64,000 bases of DNA from Candidatus Moraniibacteriota bacterium (GTDB lineage Bacteria > Patescibacteriota > Minisyncoccia > Moranbacterales > UBA1568): positions 437,458-501,457 of the forward strand of contig JAUSGT010000002.1 of NCBI GenBank assembly GCA_030648835.1. The letters are read 5' to 3'. The notes under the pieces were generated by a model. It saw nothing but the letters and a program-made list of their open reading frames with translations. It made no database searches and was not told the DNA's origin. Every line of letters begins with the position of its first letter. The first letter of the stretch is position 1. Below, piece by piece: positions 27,487 to 37,502 of the stretch. The position numbers were made by a program, and so were the translations under genes.

Positions 27487-28944
27487 ATGGCAAAGGATAA
27501 CGTCGTATTGCGATTTGATAGTGTGTCCTTCGAATACGGACACAAGAAACCCATCTTGGATGAGGTGAGTTTCAGTATGCGGCAAGGCTCCAAAATTACG
27601 CTCATGGGGCAGAATGGCGCCGGGAAAAGTTCGCTCTTCAAGCTCATCACCGGAGAAATGAAACCGCAGCATGGGCGTGTATCCGTCGACAAGGAAGCAA
27701 CGGTGGCTCTGGGGCGGCAGGTTATGCCGCGGGATCAGTTGGATGTTACCGTCAAGGATTTTTTTGCCCAATTTTTCAAAGGCAAAGAGTGGGAGCTTCC
27801 GATGCATATCAAAGAGGTACTCCAAGTAGTGAACTTGCCGCAGCCACCGCTTGAGAAAAAAATTCGGGAGTTTTCCGGTGGCCAGCAGGCGCGCCTGCTT
27901 CTTGCCTCGGCGCTTATTCAGGATCCGGATATTTTGCTTCTCGACGAGCCGACGAATAATTTGGACTACGCGGGCATTACGCATCTGACAGAATTTCTTA
28001 CTAATTATGAGAAAACCTGTATTGTTATTTCTCATGACGCGGAATTTTTGAACTCGTTTACGCATGGAGTTTTGTATCTCGATGTGTTCACGCACAAGAT
28101 AGAACAGTACACGGGTGACTATTATGACGTGGTGGAAGAAATTTCCAAAAGAATTGCCAAGGCGCAAAGCGAGAACGTCCGTTTGGAGCGAACCATCCAA
28201 GAAAAGAAAGATCAAGCCAATGTTTTTGCCAACAAGGGAGGCAAACTGCGCGCGGTGGCTAAGCGCATGCGCGATCTGGCTACGGAATTGGAAGAAAACA
28301 AAGTGGATGTACGCAAAGAGGATAAGACGTTGCCGGCGTTTGAGATACCGTGCCAAGAACCGGTCGGACCAATTGTCAATATCAAGACCGTCAAAGTACT
28401 GACGGATCTTGGTCAGGCTATCAAGAGGGTGGATCTGGTTCTGAAAAAGAACATGCATTTGCTCGTCTCGGGACCCAATGGTATCGGCAAGAGCACGTTT
28501 CTCGAGGCGTTGGCTTCAGGCGATGAAGAGCGAGCGCATATTACCCAAGGGATGAAAGTGGGGTACTATCGTCAGGATTTTTCGACGCTCGATTATAACA
28601 GTACGGTCATGGAAACGCTCCTTCTTGTAATGGAAGAAAAAAGCGAACAATTGGCGTATCAGATAGCCGCGAAATTTCTCATTCCGGGGGAATTGGTCCA
28701 GAACAAAGTGGAAAGTCTCTCAGAGGGGCAAAAGGGCCTACTTATGTTGGCTCAGCTTTACGCGGAAAAACCGGATCTGCTCATTTTGGACGAGCCGACC
28801 AATCACATCAATTTCCGCCATTTGCCGGTCATTGCGGAAGCTTTGGACAAATACAAGGGCGCGATGATTCTTGTTTCCCACGTACCGGACTTTGTCGCCC
28901 AAATCCGTATCGATGAGGTGTTGGACCTGGAATCTTTATCGTGA
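27487..28944 (+). CDS. ABC-F family ATPase
   Basis: Two NBDs (GQNGAGKS, FSGGQ, LLDEPTNNLD; GPNGIGKS, LSEGQ, LDEPTNH) and no TM segments. Confidence 0.92.
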   Translation: MAKDNVVLRFDSVSFEYGHKKPILDEVSFSMRQGSKITLMGQNGAGKSSLFKLITGEMKPQHGRVSVDKEATVALGRQVMPRDQLDVTVKDFFAQFFKGKEWELPMHIKEVLQVVNLPQPPLEKKIREFSGGQQARLLLASALIQDPDILLLDEPTNNLDYAGITHLTEFLTNYEKTCIVISHDAEFLNSFTHGVLYLDVFTHKIEQYTGDYYDVVEEISKRIAKAQSENVRLERTIQEKKDQANVFANKGGKLRAVAKRMRDLATELEENKVDVRKEDKTLPAFEIPCQEPVGPIVNIKTVKVLTDLGQAIKRVDLVLKKNMHLLVSGPNGIGKSTFLEALASGDEERAHITQGMKVGYYRQDFSTLDYNSTVMETLLLVMEEKSEQLAYQIAAKFLIPGELVQNKVESLSEGQKGLLMLAQLYAEKPDLLILDEPTNHINFRHLPVIAEALDKYKGAMILVSHVPDFVAQIRIDEVLDLESLS

Positions 28945-29451
28945 TTCTTCATCAAAAAGGATTTTCCAAAAGAGGTAGCCAATGGAAAAAAAGGCGAGGA
29001 TGATAATGGGGATGGTGAGGAGGGGGAACTTGTAGAGAGAAAGGATAAGGATGCCGAGTGTCCAGAGAAATCCGAGCCAGAGGAGCGGATTCTTTTTTGT
29101 TACCTTCCACTCGAAGTTCATATCGAGATAATGCCCGAGTGCCGTGAGGACGAAAGAGAAAAGGAAAAGGAAAAAGAAAAACTTTGTCAGACTGAAACGG
29201 ACGGAGACGAAAGTTGGGAGGAGCATCTCGATCGTAAAAAGCGCCATGAAGCCGAGATAGCCGATCATGAGTCCCTCCAGAAGGAGGGCATAACAAACGG
29301 CGAGGAATCCGTTTTGTTTCAGTTTCTTAAGATGTCGGATAAAATATTGGTTGAGTGCTTGCATAGCAATTTTTTCTGGATCCCGGGTCCCTCCAAAGGC
29401 GGGCAGGCAGGCTCGGGATGACAGAGGGATGTTATTCGCTTGATAATCCAA
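28936..29451 (-). CDS. Small 4-TM membrane protein
   Basis: Hydrophobic ORF overlapping the end of the upstream gene; start uncertain because a palindromic element occupies its 5' part. Confidence 0.65.
   Translation of the reverse strand: MDYQANNIPLSSRACLPAFGGTRDPEKIAMQALNQYFIRHLKKLKQNGFLAVCYALLLEGLMIGYLGFMALFTIEMLLPTFVSVRFSLTKFFFFLFLFSFVLTALGHYLDMNFEWKVTKKNPLLWLGFLWTLGILILSLYKFPLLTIPIIILAFFSIGYLFWKILFDEESR
29376..29422 (-). repeat. GTCATCCCG...CCGGGATCCAG palindromic element with a nested CCTGCCTGCCCGCC unit
   Basis: Same termini as 12822-12849, in the opposite orientation. Confidence 0.7.
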
Positions 29452-30589
29452 AGCGTGTGAGGACGCGTTGTTTGATTTGCGAGAGAATGGAGAACATATT
29501 TTTGACGCTTTTTTCGGTGTTGAAGGAAACCTGGAGAGTATTGATATCGATATCCGTGTTGCCTCGACTTATGCTTATTTCGAAATCCGGACCGCTTTCG
29601 GGTGAAAGAGCGCCAAGGAGAGTGGTACACGAAAAGGTTTGTCCAAAGAACCCCGGTTCAAGGACGCAATCCGCGTGTTCTTTGCTCGTTTGGGAAGACA
29701 CAACAATGGGAGCTTGTTGTTTCAAAATGAAATTACGATACACCGGATTGAGTAAGGGACGTTTGAAACCGTGGTCTACCAGATAATACGTATTGGTAGC
29801 GCGGTCGAAGAGGAGCGTACCATCGGGGTGCTCCGCGCCGAGGAGAAATATGCGACCACGTTTATAAATGCCGATTTCTTCTTCGCTGGCCGGAAGAACA
29901 TCTTCGAAACGGTAACCGAGGGCGAGAAATATATCGGCGCTGCCTACCGGGCGCATTTCCGTGTCACTTACGATAAGAAACGCGCCATCCGCGAAAGAAA
30001 CGATTGACCCGACGCGGAAACCGATCCATTCTTCGGAAATGGGATACCGAGTCAGAAAATCATTACTTTCGGGTTGCGCAAATTCATCCGGATAGCGAGA
30101 GAGATAAGCGTTGTCGCTCACGAATGGATAGAGCGTGCCGTTACGGAGAGCATAGTACGTGTTATTGATTTTGTAGAGTGATTCTTCCGGGAAGCCGGTC
30201 ACCGGGAGACCGATGGGCAGAAAAAAACTGCGATAAGAACGCCGGACAGAAAATGTCAGATTGTCCGGAACGGCGGATTTTTTTTCCAACGTTACGGAAG
30301 TATCTATCTGAGAGAGATCTCCGACGACTCCGACATCCGTGATGAGTGTGCCGTTTGTTTCTATTTTACCGTTGGTACGCGGAGTATTGTCGGGCGCGCG
30401 CGGGTCAAGGAGGTTGTTTTTGCTCGAGCTGGGCGTTTTAAAGTTGAAAGAAAAAACGAGTGTCGGGAAAAGCGCTCGCAGGGCAAAAACGATGATGAAT
30501 GAAAGAGCTACCGCGTACAGGAGAGCGCGCAGTATACGATAGCGAGATTGCCATAGCGGCAAGATAGCGATGGGTGGGGCAAGGAACAT
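29432..30589 (-). CDS. Membrane-anchored extracytoplasmic protein with three internal beta-rich repeats
   Basis: N-terminal TM; repeats TYYALRNGTLYPF / AFLIVSDTEMRPV / TYYLVDHGFKRPL. Confidence 0.7.
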   Translation of the reverse strand: MFLAPPIAILPLWQSRYRILRALLYAVALSFIIVFALRALFPTLVFSFNFKTPSSSKNNLLDPRAPDNTPRTNGKIETNGTLITDVGVVGDLSQIDTSVTLEKKSAVPDNLTFSVRRSYRSFFLPIGLPVTGFPEESLYKINNTYYALRNGTLYPFVSDNAYLSRYPDEFAQPESNDFLTRYPISEEWIGFRVGSIVSFADGAFLIVSDTEMRPVGSADIFLALGYRFEDVLPASEEEIGIYKRGRIFLLGAEHPDGTLLFDRATNTYYLVDHGFKRPLLNPVYRNFILKQQAPIVVSSQTSKEHADCVLEPGFFGQTFSCTTLLGALSPESGPDFEISISRGNTDIDINTLQVSFNTEKSVKNMFSILSQIKQRVLTRFGLSSE

Positions 30590-30595
30590 AGGGTT

Positions 30596-32392
30596 TTAGT
30601 ATATTTCAAAAAGGAGATTGCGTGTCGCCGTCGGAATCTTTTTTGGCAGATGAAGCGGTGATCCGTTCTCGAGAGAGACATTCTCAAACCGCTCACCGGA
30701 AAACGTTATCATTTTTTTTAAAACGAGACGGTTGCCAAAAACGGAAGCATAACGCCCCTGGTCTCCTTCGGGAACGAGCAAATACGTGTGCCGGAAAGGC
30801 GTCGTGTCGAGTTTTTCCAGATCGGATGGATTGAAAAAATAGGCCATATTTTTGCCAAAGAGGAATTGCGCCGGGCCGGAGAGCATGGAGAAACCGTCGC
30901 CTGTGGCGTTGCGATCGACGAGCACCAGATCGGTATCGGAAAATTCCTCACTGAAAGCGGCTGTTTGTTCGTACAGCGTACGATTTTCGGCGAAAGGAAT
31001 CCCGTAGCTCCAGGCCGGAAGTTGGAAGGCGATGAGGCCGAGGAAAAGGAAACTGACAAAAAACAGCCGTTTGCCTTGCGGTCGGCCGATGGGAAGAATT
31101 TTTTCTTGATCAAAAAGGAGCGCCAGGCCCACGGTGGCTGAGAAAAGAAGCGTTGGAAAAAGGGAAAAGAGGAAACGGCGGAGCATCCAGGGGTGATCAA
31201 GCGAGATATTGGGGTCGAAAAGGTAGAGAAATGTCGGGAGAGCGATAGCGGCCGGCAGAAGCAGCAAGGGACGCTTTTCCTTGATAAAAAGGAGAATCCC
31301 GAAGAATCCCGCCATAAAGAGGACAAGCAACCCATAGAGAAAAAAGACTGAGCCGAGAGGAAAGGAGCTGCCGGAATTGGCCAGGTCCGAGGCGATATCG
31401 CCGCCTCCCAATTGGTGCGAGAATTTGAGAAGCGCCTTGCCCATCATTTTGTAATAGGGAAGATTGATGAAAAAATCGCGCAGAAAAATGAAAATAAAAA
31501 AGAAACAGGGGAGGACGAGGCTCTTCCAGGGGGACGTTTTCCAAATGTTTCGTCCGTACTGACTGAAAGATATGATGACGAGTGTCAGGAGAAGAAAAGC
31601 GAATCCTTCGATGCGGGTAAAAGCGAGCAGTGAAGCCGACAACAAGACACTGACATAGGAAATGAACCCCCCTTCACGAAGAAAAAGGATGAGACTAAAG
31701 ATGAGGAAGGTGAAAAGGAAGACCGCCAAATTCTCGCTCAAAGTAATTTTGGCGAACCAGGTGGGAAGGAAGGAGAAGAGAGCCAGTCCCAGTCCGGCAA
31801 AGGCGTAGTAGGGATGGACAAATAAACGCAAAAGATTATAGAGTGTGAACAAAAAAAGAAAAAGAAGGATGACGTTTCCGATGGTCAGGCCGAGTAGACC
31901 GAAGAGGGAAATAAAACCGGCAAGCCAGGCGGTGTAGCCGAGTGGAAACTGCGTGATAAGATCGCCTGCTTTCGTGTACGCGAAGCCGGGGAAATTGAGC
32001 GCGGTACCAACGCCGTAGATTTGGAAAAAACTTTGGCTGACCTTTGTGGAGAAAGCCAGTTGGCCATTCTGGACGAGGTGGAAAGCGGCTTCAGTGATGG
32101 ATCCCTGGTCACGCCCGGTGAAAAGAGTCGGTTCAGAAAAATATCCGATGAACGCGGCGAAAAAAACCACAACAAGGAGGGCGACTTTACAATCGAGCGG
32201 TGCCTGGAGGAGAAGTTTTCCGCCAAGGAAAAGAATGATCACTCCTATGAGTCCGGTGCCGATAACAACCAGGGGAGAGAGAAAAAGCCCGAAGAGAGCG
32301 AGCAGAAAAACAAACCATCCGAAAACCACAAACGAAAGCCCGAAGAGAATGAGGAGCGTTTCGGTTTTTTGAATTTTTTGGAAGAATTCCAT
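30596..32392 (-). CDS. Polytopic membrane protein, possible GT-C (ArnT/PMT-like) glycosyltransferase
   Basis: More than 12 TM segments; periplasmic GRDQG loop, TLSE, FTRIEG motifs. Confidence 0.6.
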   Translation of the reverse strand: MEFFQKIQKTETLLILFGLSFVVFGWFVFLLALFGLFLSPLVVIGTGLIGVIILFLGGKLLLQAPLDCKVALLVVVFFAAFIGYFSEPTLFTGRDQGSITEAAFHLVQNGQLAFSTKVSQSFFQIYGVGTALNFPGFAYTKAGDLITQFPLGYTAWLAGFISLFGLLGLTIGNVILLFLFLFTLYNLLRLFVHPYYAFAGLGLALFSFLPTWFAKITLSENLAVFLFTFLIFSLILFLREGGFISYVSVLLSASLLAFTRIEGFAFLLLTLVIISFSQYGRNIWKTSPWKSLVLPCFFFIFIFLRDFFINLPYYKMMGKALLKFSHQLGGGDIASDLANSGSSFPLGSVFFLYGLLVLFMAGFFGILLFIKEKRPLLLLPAAIALPTFLYLFDPNISLDHPWMLRRFLFSLFPTLLFSATVGLALLFDQEKILPIGRPQGKRLFFVSFLFLGLIAFQLPAWSYGIPFAENRTLYEQTAAFSEEFSDTDLVLVDRNATGDGFSMLSGPAQFLFGKNMAYFFNPSDLEKLDTTPFRHTYLLVPEGDQGRYASVFGNRLVLKKMITFSGERFENVSLENGSPLHLPKKIPTATRNLLFEIY

Positions 32393-32679
32393 ACCCGGTC
32401 AGTGAAACTTCAACAATTTTTTATAAACTGTAGAAATAAAGTTAGTTTTGTTTTCTTGCTTGTGTTTGAGCAGTAACTACACCCACTAATATCCAGTCGA
32501 AGTTCTACTGCCGGACATATTGGTCTCATTATACCTTAAAGAGGCATATTCCCTCAATGTGTTGTCTTGGCGTTTGGTGAGTAAAAGGAAACCACTTATT
32601 CGATGGAACAAGGTTTGCCAAGCCTCTGGAATGCGGTTACAATGAGGAAAAAAGGGGACGACATCTGGCAATATCTATA

Positions 32680-35130
32680 ATGAACCAGTATTTTATTTTT
32701 TGGTATTACACACGCGGGCTACGCGGCGCAGTATTGCTTCTCGGCAATTATTTGCGGTTTGTGGTGCATCGCTTCTATATGGGTGGATTGCTCCGTACGT
32801 TTTTTTCGCCATGGAAGCGGGATGTTATCTTTCATACATGGGGAGGGTTTCATCCCATCCGTTCTTTGGAAGCCATGTTTCAGAATTTGCTTACTCGACT
32901 GTTGGGGATGTTCTTGCGGCTGATGCTGTTTATCATAGGGGTTTCGGTATGGTGCATAACGCTCGTTCTTGGTGTGGCTTTTTTCTTTTTTTACATCGGA
33001 GCCCCATTTTTTATCGTTTTTGGTTTTATAGTGTTGCCCCTTTCACCATCTTTCGGCATCGCGAGTCTGTTCATCGGAGTGATCAGTTTGGGGAGCGCGT
33101 TTTTCGGCTATGTTATGAGAAAAAAAGAAGAGCCGTTGACATTCGACATAGAGAAGTTGCGAAAGAAAAAATTTTTCAAACGGGTACTGGCGCGTCTTGG
33201 ACTCGAAAAAAAATCTGTCGAGAAAGAGGCGCTCAAAGACACAAAAACATTTCTCACCTTTCTCAAAACGCTGGGTATTGAAGAGGTTCTTTATGAACGA
33301 GCCGTTATAGTTGAGCGCGCTACGGCAGAAAAGAAGGCTCAGAAAAGCCGTTTTTGGTCATGGGAAAATCTCCACACGCAAAGACCGTTTGGCAAGGATT
33401 GGCACTATGCGTATACACCGCGCCTGGATCATTACTGTTTGGAACTTTCACGGTTTGATCCAACAGAGTATGGTCGGGCGGAACTCATCGGACGGCATGA
33501 CGAATTGCGCGTTGTGACGGTGGTGCTCGCGCGTGAAACGCAAAATAATGTCATTCTGGTAGGCGATCCGGGTATCGGGAAAAAAACATTTATCCATCAT
33601 TTGGCGCGACTCATTCGCGAGAATAGGTTCGGCGCGGAATACTTGGATGGAGCGCGAGTGCTCCTTTTTGACATCGGCCGGGCAGTCAGTGATGCCGCGA
33701 GTCAGGGTATTGCCGCGGATCACTATCTGCGGAGACTGTTCGTTGAGGCGACATACGCCGGCAATGTCATTCTCGCTGTTGAAAATGTCGACTTGTATCT
33801 TGGGAACGAGCATTCGCTTCCCAACCTAGCCGTACTCTTCAGTGAATTTCTCCAATTGCCGAATTTTCGCCTGATTGCGACCGCGCCGACCGGTCGGTAT
33901 CACGCGCTTGCCAAGGAAGATGAACAGACGTTGAAATTTTTTGAAGTAATTTATTTGCGGGAGACGACCAAGGAAGAGACGCTTTCCATTCTCATCCAGC
34001 ATTTTGAGAGGGCGGAGCGACGAAGAATAGCTTTTACCCTGAGAGGATTTGACGCGATTATCGAATCGGCTGGTCGGTATAACTGGGAAATGCCGTTTCC
34101 TGAGCGAGCGATTGATTTGGCCCAAGAAGTACTCGTCTATTGGAGCAAGAGTAGAAAAGGTTTCATCACGCAAGAGACAGTAGACGCATTTACTACGTTG
34201 AAGACTGGCGTGCCAACCGGCGCGCTGGGGGCCGGCGAGAAGGAAAAACTTTTGAAGCTCGAGGAGTTGCTCCATCTTCGGGTTATCGGGCAGAATGAAG
34301 CCGTGAAACAAGTTGCCGAGGCGATGCGTAAAGCGCGGGCCGGATTTGGTGATGATAAGCGTCCGTTGGGAAGCTTCATTTTTTTCGGACCGAGCGGAGT
34401 GGGGAAAACCGAAACGGTAAAAGCCTTCGCGGAAAGCTATTTCGGCAGCGAAGAGAGGATGATCCGTCTCGATATGAGTGAATTTCAGACGAGCGAGTCT
34501 ATTGACCGCCTGATCGGTTCACGCGCCATGGGAATACAAGGACAGCTTGTCGAAGCGGCGCGCGAAAAACCGTTTTCCATTCTTCTTTTGGATGAGATCG
34601 AGAAAGCCTATCCGCGCGCTCTTGATTTGTTTCTGCAGATTCTTGATGAGGGGTATGTGACGGATGGGTATGGTGAGAAAGTGAGTTTTCGCAATATGGT
34701 CATCATCGCCACTTCCAATGCCGGGGCGCCGCTTATCAAGGTACTGGTACGCGAGAAAGCATCAATGGCCGTGATACGTGAGCGGGTGCTCGATCATATT
34801 ATTGAAAACAATCTGTTCCGATTGGAATTTCTGAGTCGTTTTGACGGTATTATTTTCTTTGAACCGCTGAAACAGGGAGAGCTGGAAGCTGTCGCAAAAC
34901 TGAAGCTGAAAAAATTTGCCGATCGTCTGAAAAAAGAGAAAAATATCACTATCAGCTTTACTCCCGACGTTGTGCCGAAAATTGTCGAGAAAGGGTTCGA
35001 GCCGGAATTTGGCACGCGCTCTCTCAATCGTTTTATCGAGAATGCCATTGAGGACGCTGTCGTAAAAAAAATTATTGCAGGAGAGGTGAAAGAAGGCGGG
35101 GCACTCGTGGTTTCCGGTGATGAACTGTAA
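32680..35130 (+). CDS. Clp/Hsp100-family double-AAA ATPase with an N-terminal membrane domain
   Basis: D1 GDPGIGKK (degenerate); D2 VIGQNEAV, GPSGVGKTE, RLDMSEF, LLLDEIEKA, SRFD, FGTRSL. Confidence 0.88.
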   Translation: MNQYFIFWYYTRGLRGAVLLLGNYLRFVVHRFYMGGLLRTFFSPWKRDVIFHTWGGFHPIRSLEAMFQNLLTRLLGMFLRLMLFIIGVSVWCITLVLGVAFFFFYIGAPFFIVFGFIVLPLSPSFGIASLFIGVISLGSAFFGYVMRKKEEPLTFDIEKLRKKKFFKRVLARLGLEKKSVEKEALKDTKTFLTFLKTLGIEEVLYERAVIVERATAEKKAQKSRFWSWENLHTQRPFGKDWHYAYTPRLDHYCLELSRFDPTEYGRAELIGRHDELRVVTVVLARETQNNVILVGDPGIGKKTFIHHLARLIRENRFGAEYLDGARVLLFDIGRAVSDAASQGIAADHYLRRLFVEATYAGNVILAVENVDLYLGNEHSLPNLAVLFSEFLQLPNFRLIATAPTGRYHALAKEDEQTLKFFEVIYLRETTKEETLSILIQHFERAERRRIAFTLRGFDAIIESAGRYNWEMPFPERAIDLAQEVLVYWSKSRKGFITQETVDAFTTLKTGVPTGALGAGEKEKLLKLEELLHLRVIGQNEAVKQVAEAMRKARAGFGDDKRPLGSFIFFGPSGVGKTETVKAFAESYFGSEERMIRLDMSEFQTSESIDRLIGSRAMGIQGQLVEAAREKPFSILLLDEIEKAYPRALDLFLQILDEGYVTDGYGEKVSFRNMVIIATSNAGAPLIKVLVREKASMAVIRERVLDHIIENNLFRLEFLSRFDGIIFFEPLKQGELEAVAKLKLKKFADRLKKEKNITISFTPDVVPKIVEKGFEPEFGTRSLNRFIENAIEDAVVKKIIAGEVKEGGALVVSGDEL

Positions 35131-35139
35131 TTATTTTTT

Positions 35140-36318
35140 ATGAAAATCCTTGTTGTTGCGCCGACACCATTTTTTTCCGATCGCGGTACGCATATCCGTA
35201 TTCTGGAAGAAGCGCTGGCGCTCGAAAAACGCGGAGCGGAGGTGACTATCGCGACGTATCATATCGGAGCCAAGCTTCCGCAACATTTAAACACGAAAAT
35301 AGACGTGCGGCGGATCAGACGTCTGCTTTTTTGGTACAAGAAGCTTGAGGCCGGACCCGATTGGCAGAAAATCATTCTCGACCTGATGCTTATCAAAAAA
35401 ACTTTCTTCCTCGCCCGTACTTGGAAACCGGACATCATTCACGGCCATTTGCATGAAGGCGCGCTCATCGGCTTCATCGTGCAGAAAGCGCTTTTTTGGA
35501 GAAAAATAAAACTGGTTGCGGATTTTCACGGCAGTCTTACCAAGGAAATGGCGTCGCATAGTTATTTGCGGGCGAGCGGACTCATGAAATTTTTTGAAAT
35601 GATTGAGCGTTTCATCGACACGTTGGGTGACGCGGCAGTCGCCAGTTCGTGGGACAACATCGCCAGGATAAACACGGCACGCAAGCATGATCCGGCGCGC
35701 ATTCTTTTGGATGGCACGCGACTCTCCATGTTCGAAGGTCAGCCGGAAGCTTCTCTCGCCCGAGCCGCTTACCGTATTCCACAGGAGAAAGTGGTCATCG
35801 TTTACACCGGTGCGCTTATCGCGAACAAAGGGATCAAGCTGTTGCTCGATGCCGTGCCGATCATATGCGCGCGGTACCAAGAGGCGCATTTTGTCATTGC
35901 CGGATTTCCGGTGGACCAAATCACGGAGTATGTGAAGCAAGCTATTTTCAAAACGCGGGTGACGATCATCAGTCCGCTTTCGTATTTTGAATTGCCAAAG
36001 ATTCTTTGTATGAGCGATATCGGTGTTGATCCCAAAGAATCGGATACGCGACAAGCCAGTGGAAAAATGCTTCAATATATGGGAGCGGGATTGCCGATTG
36101 CGTGTTTTGATACACAAAACAATCGCGAGTATTTGGCTGACGGCGGGATATATGCTGGGGAAACCACGCCCGAAGGTCTGGCGCTTGCCATAGGAGAGCT
36201 CATTTCTTCTCGAGAACTGCGCCAGGTAAAGGGATCAATCAACCGTCAGCGGGCGAAAATATTCAGTTGGGAGGCATCCGCGGAAAAATTGGAGAAGATT
36301 TACAATGATATTTCATAA
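35140..36318 (+). CDS. Glycosyltransferase family 4
   Basis: GT-B fold, YTGALIANKGI, KMLQYMGAGLPI. Confidence 0.88.
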   Translation: MKILVVAPTPFFSDRGTHIRILEEALALEKRGAEVTIATYHIGAKLPQHLNTKIDVRRIRRLLFWYKKLEAGPDWQKIILDLMLIKKTFFLARTWKPDIIHGHLHEGALIGFIVQKALFWRKIKLVADFHGSLTKEMASHSYLRASGLMKFFEMIERFIDTLGDAAVASSWDNIARINTARKHDPARILLDGTRLSMFEGQPEASLARAAYRIPQEKVVIVYTGALIANKGIKLLLDAVPIICARYQEAHFVIAGFPVDQITEYVKQAIFKTRVTIISPLSYFELPKILCMSDIGVDPKESDTRQASGKMLQYMGAGLPIACFDTQNNREYLADGGIYAGETTPEGLALAIGELISSRELRQVKGSINRQRAKIFSWEASAEKLEKIYNDIS

Positions 36319-36329
36319 GGCACTTACTC

Positions 36330-37502
36330 ATGAAGCTTTTTCTTATCAAAATAGGTAAAGCCTGGAATGTGCTCAGGCGGGATGGAGCGTGGCGTGGCGG
36401 AAGGCGTGTCTATGGCGCATTTCTCGCTTTGTTCCGGCGTGTGCGGCCGGGCGATATATTGTTTATTACGAACGGTGTCGGAGACAGCGCGCGGTATCGT
36501 ACGACTCATATAGCGGAAGAACTTGAACAAAACGGATTCACAACAGCTCTTACGGTGCAAGATAATCCCTTTCTTCTCTCCTACGTAGATAAATTTTCTG
36601 TTTTTGTTTTTCATCGCGTATTGTTCACGGAAAAAGTCAAGCAGTTTATTGAGCTAATCAAAACACAAAAGAAAGAGATTATTTTTGAGGCTGATGATCT
36701 GGTATATGATCCGCAATTTTTGCAATATATGGCCGGTTATGATGACATGAATACGTTCGAACGTAAATTGTATGAAAACGGTCTGGGAGGGGAGATTATC
36801 AATGATCCGTATGTGAAAGCTTGCACTACCACGACGACGTTTCTTGCCGAACGATTGAACGAAAGAGGCAAGCAGGTCTTTGTCGTTCGCAATAAAGTTT
36901 CAAAAGATGATGTGGCATATGCTGAAAAGACACTACAAGAGGCACGCAGAGATTCTGGTTTTGTGCGTCTGTGTTATCTCTCGGGTACCGCAAGTCACAA
37001 TAAGGATTTTGCGACCATTACCGATGCGCTGCTTGTGCTTTTTGAAAAATATCCGGAGCTGCGTCTTGTTTTGGCCGGGCCGCTCCACACCGGGGACAAG
37101 CTGACTCCATTTAGAGACCGTATTGAGAAGGTACCATTTTTGTCACGGGAAAAATATTTCACCCTTGTGGCCCAAATGGATATCAATCTGGCGCCGCTTG
37201 AGATAGGCAATCCGTTTTGTGAATCCAAATCGGAACTGAAGTGGTTTGAGGCGGGACTGCTTTCCGTACCGACGGTGGCAGCCGGGACAAAAACGTTCAA
37301 AGAGGCTATTATAGATGGTGTGGATGGGTATGTGGCTACGACAAGCGAAGAATGGATCGTCAAGCTTTCCCGATTGATTGAGGACAGCGGGTTTCGGAAA
37401 CAGATGGGAGAGAGGGCGCGGGAAAAAGTTTTGGAGCGGTACACGACTCACACCGGAAAGAGCGAAGAATATTATAATTATTTACGATCAAAAATTGTAT
37501 GA
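36330..37502 (+). CDS. Glycosyltransferase (GT-B, GT4-like)
   Basis: EADDL, SGTASH, DINLAPLE...KSELKWFEAG. Confidence 0.85.
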   Translation: MKLFLIKIGKAWNVLRRDGAWRGGRRVYGAFLALFRRVRPGDILFITNGVGDSARYRTTHIAEELEQNGFTTALTVQDNPFLLSYVDKFSVFVFHRVLFTEKVKQFIELIKTQKKEIIFEADDLVYDPQFLQYMAGYDDMNTFERKLYENGLGGEIINDPYVKACTTTTTFLAERLNERGKQVFVVRNKVSKDDVAYAEKTLQEARRDSGFVRLCYLSGTASHNKDFATITDALLVLFEKYPELRLVLAGPLHTGDKLTPFRDRIEKVPFLSREKYFTLVAQMDINLAPLEIGNPFCESKSELKWFEAGLLSVPTVAAGTKTFKEAIIDGVDGYVATTSEEWIVKLSRLIEDSGFRKQMGERAREKVLERYTTHTGKSEEYYNYLRSKIV

